A stretch of 64,000 bases of DNA from Phaeosaccion multiseriatum (Eukaryota > Protista > Ochrophyta, other classes), in the NCBI GenBank assembly GCA_965112735.1, contig OZ218964.1:806001-870000 (forward strand). The letters are read 5' to 3'. Position 1 is the stretch's first letter. Each line of letters starts with the position of its first letter. The notes under the pieces were generated by a model. The model was not told the origin of the DNA and did no database searches. It was given only the letters and a program-made list of their open reading frames with translations. A program made the position numbers and the translations under genes. Below, piece by piece: positions 48,825 to 64,000 of this stretch.

Positions 48825-51824
48825 ATGGACGGCGAGCGGAGTGCCTCCGCACCAGCGGCAGGGGGTGATACTGCGGCTGGAGAAGGAGGGGGGGTGGGGC
48901 AGGGACGGGTGGGGGGAGCGGAGGAAGGAGCAAGTGGTGCTGCAGCAGGAGCAGCGGCGCCAGCAGCAGGAGTAGGAGGAGCAGCTGGTGATGCATCAGC
49001 GGGACAGAATGGAGAGGAAGCTGGGGAGAAGAACAAGGAGGAGCAGCAGCAGCAGCAGCAGCCGGCGAAGAAGGACAAGAAGGAGAAGAAGGAAAAGGTA
49101 GTCAAGCCGCCTCCTCCAGGGGGATACGAGAAGAAGCCCAAGCTGAGCAAGGCCGAGCGCAGAGAGCTGCAAGAGGCACAGAGGGCTGCCAAGCAGGGCG
49201 GCGGACGGGCAGGGGGGGCAGTTGGTGGTGCAGCGGGAGGAGGGGCGGGTACGGCGGGCTCGGGAGCAGGCAGTGCGCAAGGGCAGGGAGGGGGGCAGCA
49301 AGGGCAACAAGGTAAATCTCCTGCTGGTGCAATAGCAGGAGCAGCAGCAGGAGGAGCAGGAGCAGCAGCAGGAGGAGGAGCAGGAGGACGAGGAGGAGCT
49401 GACGGGACGACTCAGGGGTTTGCAGGGGGCGGGGCGGTAGGGGCAAGCAGCAGCAGTAGCAGCGGCGGCGGCGGCCGGAGCACCCGCCGGCAGAAGGAGG
49501 TGGGCGAGGTGGTGAGGCTGTTCAGCCATTTAAGAGAGCACTCCCTCGGGCTGGAGCACTCCCACGGCGTGCGGCTGTCGGGATCCGAGCTGCACCGCTC
49601 TATTGTGCGGCTGGGAGAGCAGTACGCCACCGGCTCCATCACAGGTGCCAACGGGAGGGCCATCGCCATGCTCAAGGCGTTTCAAGAAGTGATCAGGGAC
49701 TACACGCCGCCGCCGGATAAGGTGCGTGTGGGTGTGGGTGTGTGTGGGTGCGTAGGTGTGTGTATGTGTGCGTGTGAATGGCTCTCTTGTCTGTCCCACC
49801 CGTATATGTGCGCATCTATCCATGTACCTACCCACTCACCAACCTATCTACCTACCTTCTCACCCACCTACCTACCTACCTACTCACCCATCTACCTACC
49901 CACCTATCTACCTACCTATCTACCTACCTACCTTCACAGCCGCTGTCGTGGGACTTGAACAAGCGCCTGCGGCCCATGATCCAGCACCTTATCGACTGTC
50001 GACAGCACTCTATCAGCATGGGCAACTCCATCACTTACGTAAGGCACATGATCTCCAAGATACCTCCGGACATGGCCCCAGAGGAAGCCAAGGTGAGAGA
50101 GGGGGGTGGAAGGGGGGGGGGGGGGAGGGAGAGGGAGAGACGAGAGAGAGAGAGAAGAGGCAATAGATAGAGAGAGAGGGAGAGAGAGTGACTGACTGAC
50201 TGACAGGCAGACAGAGAGAGAGAAGGCACATACGTATGTGCCTCAAACAGCAACAACAACACCTCACAAATGACAACAACAGGAGCGTATCATCGGCGAG
50301 ATCGGTGACTTCATGCAAGAGCGCATCCAGGCCGCCGGGCACTGCATCGTGGGCCACGCAGCCAAGAAGATTGACGCCGGTGATGTCATCATGACCTTCG
50401 GCAGCTCCTCCCTCATTCAGCAGATTCTCGTCACCGCGGGCAAACAGAAGGTAGGTGGGTAGATGGAGAGGAAGGGGAGGTGAGGTAGGTAGAGCAGGGG
50501 GAGGAGAGGAGAGGAGGAGGTGGGGGGACGGCAAACAGACGGGAGAGGTAGGGGGGTAGGTAGAGCGGGGAGGAGAGGAGAGGAGAGGAGAGGAGAGGTG
50601 GGGAGACGGCAAACAGAAGGAAGGTGGGTAGGTGGGGTAGGTGGAGCAGGTGGAGCAGGTGGAGCAGGTGGAGCAGGCAGTCGTGGAGGAGAGGATAGAT
50701 ATCCACCACATCGATCCGATTCCCCCTTGCTCACCTACCCCACCTACCACATCGATTCGTATATTCTACATCGATTTTCTAATATATCGTTATCAATATC
50801 TGTACCATCCCCCCCATACATACACATACATGCTCAGGACAAGAAGTTCCGTGTAATTGTGGTGGACTCTCGGCCCGCGCTGGAGGGGGTGCGAATGGTC
50901 CAGGAGCTGTCGGAGGAGGGTATAGAGTGCACCTACGTCTTGCTCAATGCGGTCTCGTACATGATGCGGGAGGTCAGCAAAGTGTTTGTAGGGGCGAGCG
51001 CCATGATGGCGAATGGAAGCTCCTTGTCAAGGGTAGGCACGGTGAGTGGGCTGAGTGGCTAGTGGGTGGGGTGGGGGGGAGAGGGAGGGAGGGAGGGAGG
51101 GAGGGAGGGAGGGAGGGAGGGAGGGAGGGAGGGAGGGAGGGAGGGAGGGAGAGTGAGAGTCAGCGTGGTGGGGCTGGAGGGCTGTGGGGTGAGTGAAGGA
51201 GGGAGGGGGGATGGAAGGAGGGAGGGAAGGAGGGAGGGGAAGGGAGGATGATAGGAAAGGGGTGAGGAAGAGAGAGAGAGAGAGAGGGAGGAAGGGGGTG
51301 AGTCTGAAGGCGGGAGTGAGTGGGTGCGTGAGGTGGGATGGGGTGGAGTGGTGCGGACGATTGGTTTGGGAGGTGGATTTCGGTCGCAGAGTGGGGTTGG
51401 AGTTGGGTTGGGTGGTACGGTTTGCGTCTCTCGTGCTTTTGAGAGAGGAGGCGGGGGGTGATTCCACTTACACGCACTCACACACCGCCCTCCGTCACGC
51501 ACCACCACCCCCCCACAGGCCGTGGTAGCGATGATGGCCCACGCAAACAACATTCCATGTCTGTTCTGCTGCGAGACGTACAAGTTCAGCCCTCGTGTGC
51601 AGCTCGACAGCATCGTCTACAATGAGCTAGGCCCTGCACAGGAGCTGTTGGCAGACCCTGACGACGCTGCGGAGATGCAACGCGTGGAGGCCATACCCAA
51701 TCTCAAGTTGTTGAACTTGAGATATGACCTCACCCCCATCAAGTATGTTAGTCTTGTCGTAACGGAGGTGGGGCTCATTCCGCCTACTTCGGTGCCGGTC
51801 TTGCTGAGGGAAGTGAGTCGGTGA
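48825..51824 (+). CDS. EIF2B4: Translation initiation factor eIF2B delta subunit (GCD2); extreme 3' end uncertain
   Basis: KLSKAERRELQEAQRAAK, LFSHL, GANGRAIAMLKAFQEVIRDY, SISMGNSI, FRVIVVDSRPALEG, CCETYKFSPRVQLDS, LNLRYDLTP..VVTEVGLIPPTSVPVLLRE. Confidence 0.95.
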
Positions 51825-52084
51825 GGAGGGAGAGGGGTATGGGGTGGGAGGGAGTGAGAAGTGGGATGTGTTGAGAGGCATGATAGAAGCGCATGGGATG
51901 AGAGGCATGATAGAGGCGTATGGGATGAGAGAGCCATGATAGAAGCGCATGGGATGAGAGGCATCGGAGAGAGATATGAGAGAGAGGTGTGTAAGAGCGG
52001 CATCTCAGAAAGACGTGAGAGACAAGTAAGAGAGGCATGGGAGTGAGAGACCCGAGATGTGCAAGAGAGAGAGAGAGAGAGGGA

Positions 52085-52125
<41 letters not shown>

Positions 52126-52642
52126 GCTCATGGGGGGCTGGGCACGCAGCCCAGCAGAGGGCGACGCTAGACGGAGAGAGGGGCGATACCTACCCACCTA
52201 CCTACCCACCTACCTACCCACCTGCATGTCTACCTACCCACCCACCTACCTACCCACCTACCCACCCACCTGCATGTCTACCTACTGACCAGTCTACTGA
52301 CCTCCGTACAAGAGGCGCCTACACTACCTACATGCTTACGTACCGACCTTACGTACCGACGCACCTAACGTACGGTACACGCTGAAATTTGGAGATGGGG
52401 TCGCGGGGCGGGGAACCCCTTTCCTTCTCCTCCCTTCTATTCCATAATTACAGTTATTATAAATGAATTTTAATAATTGAACTCGGCTCACAATCTACCA
52501 CGCTAGACTACAACAAGTATTGGTGCTTGAGTGCTTACCAGCCGGGGAGGGGCGCACCACAATACTTAGACGACCGTGTATTCGCCTGTCAATCGACAGA
52601 CCCCACCCCGTGTGGCGAACGTGTGGCCCTGCCCCGTGACTA

Positions 52643-52684
<42 letters not shown>

Positions 52685-52958
52685 GATGCTGTTGCTGCTG
52701 CCGCTGCTGCTCATAGCCTGACTGGTGATCAGAGCCTGATGCTGCCCAGCCTGGTGCTCTGAGTGGTGAGGCGGCGGCAAGAGCGAAGGACTACTAAACA
52801 AACTTAACAACGAGTCTGCTGCACTACGCGGCTGGAATCCGCGACCCCCGGGGCCATCTGGGGAGCTTGCACAACATGGGTCATATGCACGCCCTGGGTC
52901 ACCCCTTGGGTCTAACCTTATCTACACTCCCTACCTCTTTTTCCTAGGTACAGTACTA

Positions 52959-57991
<5,033 letters not shown>

Positions 57992-58366
57992 CCGTCGCGA
58001 TTATCAAGATCAATGGAGGTGTGCCCATCTGTGAACTCAACGCATCTCCAACTTACCACCCACCAAGCACTACTTTGCAAGTGGAGCTTCTGGACATCAA
58101 AAATCGATATCTGAGCGGTTATGTCCATGAGGGGTTCGCGTGGAAGTGAGTATGTAAGGGAGAGAAGTGTACAGCAATAGTAAACGTCCACCACAGGAGC
58201 CACTGTCCCCCTGCTGTGCAGGAAAATCCTGCTCCAACCAGCAGCAGCGTGCAGGACAGCGGTTTAAAAAGAGAGTGACCCTTAACCGAAAAATCTTTTT
58301 CTTTCGACGGCGTACGCGGGAGGAGGGCCAAAGCAACAAGGGGAAGTGGGGCGGGAGGACCAAAGA

Positions 58367-58894
58367 ATGAAGGCGTTGAGGCACCTCGGGCATCTGAGGG
58401 AGGCCTCACACACCCTTGAGGTTAATTTAGAGAGGCTGGAAATCCTCACCCCTGAGGATGGAGCCTTCAGGACGTTGACCATTAGCCTGCAGCGGGGAGG
58501 GAAAGTAACCAAGAGCCCGGCGAGAGTGGTATCGGGCGCTGTGAGCGAGTGGAATGACTCGCCTCTCTTGTCCATGACTATCACTCTCTGGTCGGGGGCG
58601 GGAGCGGAGGGGGGTAGGGGGAGTCGCAGTCCACGGAAGTACCTACCCAAAGAGTACCAGCTGCACCTGCAGCAACGTGTATCAACAGCCGAGTTCAGCC
58701 TGGCCACGTTCACACTCAATGCAGCAGACTTCGCACAGGCCCGTGATGACCCCCCAACGCATGTTACGCTGCACTGCGCAGCGCTCAAGGGCATCACAGG
58801 AAGTGGTCGCCTCATGTGCAGCATACGCTGCTTCCCATCATCACCGGACCAGGTGCGGTGCGGCCACACGTCTTCACACACACAAATACACACA

Positions 58895-58925
<31 letters not shown>

Positions 58926-60991
58926 CCTCTCCCTCTCTCTCTCTCTCTCTGCTGCGCTCTCTTTATTTTACCTTCTCTCTTCCACTTGTCTTCTCGTTGG
59001 TCCCCACCCCTGCGTAGCTGAACGACCACTCCCTCCACCGTCTGTCTCTGTCCTTGTCGACCTTCGAACAGGTGTCTGATGCGAGTGGGTCGGCGGCACT
59101 TTCTCCCTCCACCTCTCACGGATACAACAGTACACCGCCCAGCACTGGCAATACACAGGGGCGTTTCTACTCCACCGGGGGCTTTGGGCATTACTTCTCG
59201 AGAGGAGGGGTAGTCGTGTCTCCCTCTGCGGCACTCAATGGCAGCAGCAGCAGCAGCAGCGTTGGTCCCAGCAGCGGCCGGCGCAGCACTCCTCGTCGAG
59301 CCGTGGAGGTGCGTGTGTGTGTCACACCCAAAGGGGAAGGGAAGGGAAGGGAAGGGAAGGGAAGGGAAGGGAAGGGAAGGGCCTCCTTGAGTCGTGAAGA
59401 GAATCCTTCCTTGCTGCATGATATGTGTCGTGTGGGTGGGTGGGTGGGGTCCATGCCTATCTATGTCATACGTCTCCCTTTTCGAGGCTACTTGCCCCCA
59501 CCCACATGCTTTACACTTCATCCTCCTCTTTCTTATTTTTATATTTTTATTTACTTCTTATTTTCCTCCCTACTTCACCCCTTCCCCTCCCCCTCCCTAC
59601 AGGAAACGACGAAGAAACAACCCCACGCACCTTCCGCCTCCTCCATGCAGCACCCGCGGCAGTATACTGGCCAGCCAGGCACCGGGGACCGAGGCAGAGG
59701 CCCTTCGTCAGACGCCCCGCAACGCCGAGGTCGCAGCCATGTTGTGTCACCGAGCAAGAGCATGAGTCCTTCTAGAGCCGCGAGGAGGTGCGTCGTGTGG
59801 GGTGGTGTCAAGCAGAGGGAGGGAGGGAGGAAGGAGGAGGGGGGTGTGAGGAGTGAGGAGTGTGAGGAGGAGGGGGGTGTGAGGAGTGAGGAGTGTGAGG
59901 AGGAGGGGGGTGTGAGGAGTGAGGAGTGTGAGGAGGAGGGGGGTGTGAGGAGTGAGGAGTGTGAGGAGCGAATGTGCCTGAGTGAGTGTGGTGTGGTGTT
60001 GTGCATCTCTGATGGTGTGTGTGTGTCAGTGTGTGTGTGTGTGATGCGTGTGTGCCTCTCTCTCTCTCGCAAGCGGGTTCCCTGCCCTCCCCGTCAATGA
60101 GAACCGTCCGTCCGTCTGTCCGTCCGACGACCCCGTCTGGTGTTGACCAATGACTCAACTATCTTCTTCCACGCTTTTGTCCCTGTTCTCCTCCCTCCAC
60201 TCCTCCACTCCTCCACTCCTGCACTGCTCAGTGAGCAAGAGGTGTTCGATCGCGCAAGGAGCGGCGAGATGGTCCGCAGTGCAGGTCGAAGCAAATCCGT
60301 TTCGAAGCGGCGGTGGAGCACCGGTGATGGAACCAACACGGCCATCTTGGACAGAGAGAGGGGCATGTGGGAACAAAGGGTCAAGATGTTGGAGGATCAG
60401 ATGGAGGTGTGTTTGAAAGAGAATGCCTCCCTCACCAACCGCCTGTTGAGTCACCAGCGCCAGTTGAAGGAGCAAGAGATCATCATTTCGCAGCAGGAGC
60501 AGGAGTTGAGACTGATACAGAGCCTACAAGAACGGAGAGAGCAAGACGAGGAGCAGGAGGAGAAGGAGGGGGGACCCACGGACGGGTCGTTTCTAATGTC
60601 ACCGTCAAATGCGCCCGCTTCCTTCGCGCAGCTCCCCGGCAAGAAAGACCGAATGGCATTGCCATGGCAAGACATGGGAAGGGGAGGGGGGAGGCCGAAC
60701 AATAAGAGAGGGTGGGCGGAAGGTGGCAAGGGTGGGGGCAGCGGGGGCGGCGGGGGCGGCGAGAAGGTGGAGGGAATGGACGATGTTACGCACTCTATGG
60801 CCTTGTTGGAGGTGGAGCATGGGTCGCGGCTGAGAGCGGAGCTGGAGGAGGCGGTGAGCTTGCTCGAGGGGTGTGCGGTAAGGATGGTGGATATTGATGC
60901 ATCGGTAAGGAAGTGGGCACACGCCTTACCGGAGGAAGCACAGAAGGAGATCCAAGCGTCGCTCCAAGTGGCCTTTACGGACATTCATTGA
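58367..60991 (+). CDS. NT-C2 (EEIG1/EHBP1-type C2) domain protein with C-terminal coiled coil
   Basis: LEVNLERLEI..LTISLQRGGK..VSEWN..LSMTITLW..YLPKEYQLHL..LATFTLNAADFA..GRLMCSI follows the NT-C2 pattern; heptad-rich region WEQRVKMLEDQ... Confidence 0.75.
59832..59968. repeat. Intronic 33-bp minisatellite x4
   Basis: GAGGAGGAGGGGGGTGTGAGGAGTGAGGAGTGT repeated. Confidence 0.9.
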
Positions 60992-62307
60992 GGAAGGGGA
61001 CGGACAGGGACAGGAGGGGGCTGTTGTGGAGACAGGAAGACCCACTGAGGGAGGGAGGGAGGGAGGGAGGGAGGACGATGCAGTAGTTAGTCAGGCGAGG
61101 GGATAGCCTGACAACACACATACAAAAACCCGGGGACTTGCTTGGAGCTTGTGCCTGGTGATGCCTGGTGTCAGCCTCTGTGCCTGAATACCTGGTGTCA
61201 GCTTCAATACCTGAGTGCCTGGTGTCGGTCATTGCTGCTGCATCAGGGTCCGAATCAACCGAACTATTGCGTACTTGTGTAAGAGCGAGAAGGAGGCCCC
61301 GGGGTTTGAATTACATAGAGGGGGGGCAATAAGAGAGAAGAGAGGGGGGTGAATCTGCATAGTGAGAAGGGAGAGTGTAAGGAGAGGTGTAGAAAAGGCC
61401 AAACGTACGCACGGGGCCGAGAGGCGCGCTTTCATATGGCTCGAGTCCAAAGCTCGTCTCTGCGAGGGATGGAAGGACGGACGGAGGGAGGAAGGGAGCC
61501 GCCTCGCCCTTGCTTCTCGACGACAGAGGAGGAGGACTCCTCATTTGGAGCTCCCTACTTTTAACACTACGATACACGGAACATGTTTCTCATCTGCTGA
61601 CTTCGCCTGTCACCAAGAAAAATAAAAAAACAAAATGCGTCAAGTTGATTTTTTTTGTTCACTAACTACCTACTGTTTATACGCAGTGAGCTATGAGGGA
61701 GGGCCTACTTGTTGCCCGTCCCCCACGCCAAACACTCACTCACTATACTTTTTTTTACTTCTAGTACAGTACTACTGTACTATTGAAGAAAAAAGCTCAC
61801 ACCACCCACCGTGGTGTAAAGTTACTCACCAATGTCATACATTCGCACACACCCATATAATAATAATGATAAAAACATACAAAAGCCTTAACTTCCTTAC
61901 CACGCCCCTTTCTCTCCAAGACCAGCCAAAAATCATAGAAAGTCAAAGCGAGAGTTGTCAAAAGTCGGCCCTTCTCGATTGTCAAAAGGCGACCCCCTCT
62001 CCTCTGTCGTGGGAGGGTCCTCCACACTCTCCTCGATCCCCTCTCTTCCCCCTGCCCCTCTGCCCCTCTTTGCCCGTTGCTGTTGCTAACCCTAACGGAT
62101 CGATCGCCTACCTATCGGGCGCTGCACTCGAGAGTGAAGGCTCACAAAAGCCCCCACCCCTTCGCAGAACCCTTTCTGGCGAGAAGAGAGACCTTGAACA
62201 ACCTAACAACACATATCAAGTCATCAGCTCACTCGCTCACTCGCTCACTCACCGACTCACTGGCCACTCACTCACCCACTCACTCACACACTCACTTAGT
62301 ACCCAAT

Positions 62308-64000
62308 TCAGTACCCAATCTTGTTCCTCAGGCGCGTCGCAGGCAGCTGGGCATTCCCGCGGTACATAGGATTCACACCAGAAACAACTTCGTCCTCCAA
62401 CTCCTCCTCCTCCTCCCCCTCGTCCTTGGCGGAGTCTAGCCCTGTGTCCGTCTTGTCATCACCACCACCCCCGTCCCTGTCCTGATCCCATGTGTCCTCC
62501 ATTCCAGGAGTGCCCATAATCGAGTTTGGGGTACCGGTCACAATCGCATCTCGATCACCCCACACGTCATCCTTGTCCACTCCTCCTCCACTCACCACGG
62601 TAGGGGCATTCGATTGACCTTTCCCGCCCCTACCAGCACCGCCCCCCCCGCCCGACGGCATGTGCACTCTACGTTGCTCCCAATATCTCCACAAAGCATA
62701 CCCCCCAAAGGCCACGAGGAGAAGGGAGCAGCCCGCGGTCACACCTACCCAGGCGGCCTTCTCGGTCGCAGAGCCGCCTCCTCCTCCTCCCCCTGCGCCC
62801 AGGTCTGATCCAAGTTGCACATCCCCGCGATCACGCAGAGAAGGATTGGCTGACGGTGCGGGCGTAGGAAGGCGCCACGGTGGAAGGACCGGATCCGACG
62901 CGGCAGGCGTGTTCGCACCCTCCTCCTCTACCACTTCCTCCTCTTGCTCTTCCTCCTCCCCCTCCTCCTCCCCCCCCTCCTCCTCTACCACCACCCCCTC
63001 CTCCTCCTCTACCTCCCCCCCCTCCCCCCCAGCCCCCACTTCCACCTCCTCCTCCTCTATCTCCTCCTCCTCCTCCTCCCCCCCCACAACCTCCTCCTCC
63101 ACCTCCTCCTCCTCCTCCTCCACCACCACCTCCTCCACCTCCTCCTCCTCCTCCTCCTCCTCCTCCTCCTCCTCCTCCTCCTCCTCCTCCTCTACCACCG
63201 GTGCCGGGCTGGGCTCTTCAGCGTCTTCCTGGACCGGAGGAGGCGTCTCTACATCTGTGCTTGAGCCCAACCCTAAATTGGCGACTGTTGGTGGTGCTGT
63301 TGGTGGTAGAGTTGGTTGTACAGTTGGTGGGGCTGTTGGTGGTACGGTTGGTGGGGATGTTGGTGGTACGGTTGGCGCTCCTGTTGGTTGAGCGGTTGGT
63401 GGTGAGGTGGGTGGCCCAGGAGTGGGTACGGGGGTGGGTGGCGAAGGCCCGAAGAACGCCGTGTCATCGCAGTCCAGGTATGGACAGGGGAGGTTGTAGA
63501 AAGTCACGGACTCCGGGTCCTGCGTCTCAACTGTTTGGAAGGAGAGCACGTAAACCTCTCCGTTGCGGTCCCGGGCTGTTAAAAGGGAGGAGGATGGGGG
63601 ATGAGGGATGGGGGATAGGATTTAGTGACAAGGAGGAGGAGGAGGAGGAGGAGGAGGAGGATGAGGAGGAAGAGAGGAAGGAGGGAGGAGGAAGAGAGGA
63701 AGGAGGGAGGACGCAGTGAGGACGCGGTGGCATCTCATTGTCGTATGGCTGAACACGCGCACACACAGGTGTGAGGGGTGAGGTGTGAGGTGTGAGGTGT
63801 GAGGTGTGAGGGGTGAGGGGTGAGGTGTGAGGGGTGAGGTGTGAGGGATGAGATGTGAGGGGTGAGGTGTGAGGGATGAGATGTGCTCACCGAAAGTGGC
63901 CGTGAAGGGAAACCCCTCATCCCAGAGCTCCGTCGCATGAAACGCTCCCTCCCCCATCTTCAGTCTTACAAGCTTCTTACTGGCCGTCTCGTAGTCAGTG
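62308..64000 (-). CDS. 3' part of a type-I membrane protein with Pro/Thr and poly-Glu stalk; 5' end outside window
   Basis: Long exon ~63534-62308 with PPT repeats, acidic tract, TM AAWVGVTAGCSLLLVAFGGYALW and tail containing NPMY; upstream exon(s) near 63890-64000. Confidence 0.75.

Overview
Gene-dense, intron-rich, GC-rich eukaryotic nuclear DNA. It is most likely from a photosynthetic stramenopile (ochrophyte alga), because three genes carry signal-peptide + 'F' bipartite plastid presequences. About 18 spliced protein-coding genes can be reconstructed by eye: the 3' end of a cofactor-dependent phosphoglycerate mutase, a large GRAM/PH-like protein, a plastid DUF2470-like protein, an Rdx/SelW-like protein lacking its redox motif, a double hot-dog thioesterase, a USP deubiquitinase, a TSET-complex TSAUCER/TASH3 homologue, ERCC6/CSB, RPT2, ARPC4, eIF2B-delta, a BRCT Pol mu/TdT-like X-family polymerase, an NT-C2 protein, two type-I membrane proteins and two hypotheticals. 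Introns are packed with micro- and minisatellites. The most unusual signal is a dispersed, strongly over-represented DNA word, CAG-TTGGTGATA-CAG (reverse CTG-TATCACCAA-CTG). It occurs at about 11 loci on both strands, in exons (three different reading frames), introns and a 3' UTR. Other notable items are the TSET subunit, the Pol mu-like enzyme, a tandem structured ~132-bp element, and duplicated splice acceptors. Family assignments come from motif recognition from memory, not from database searches, and exon boundaries are manual estimates.
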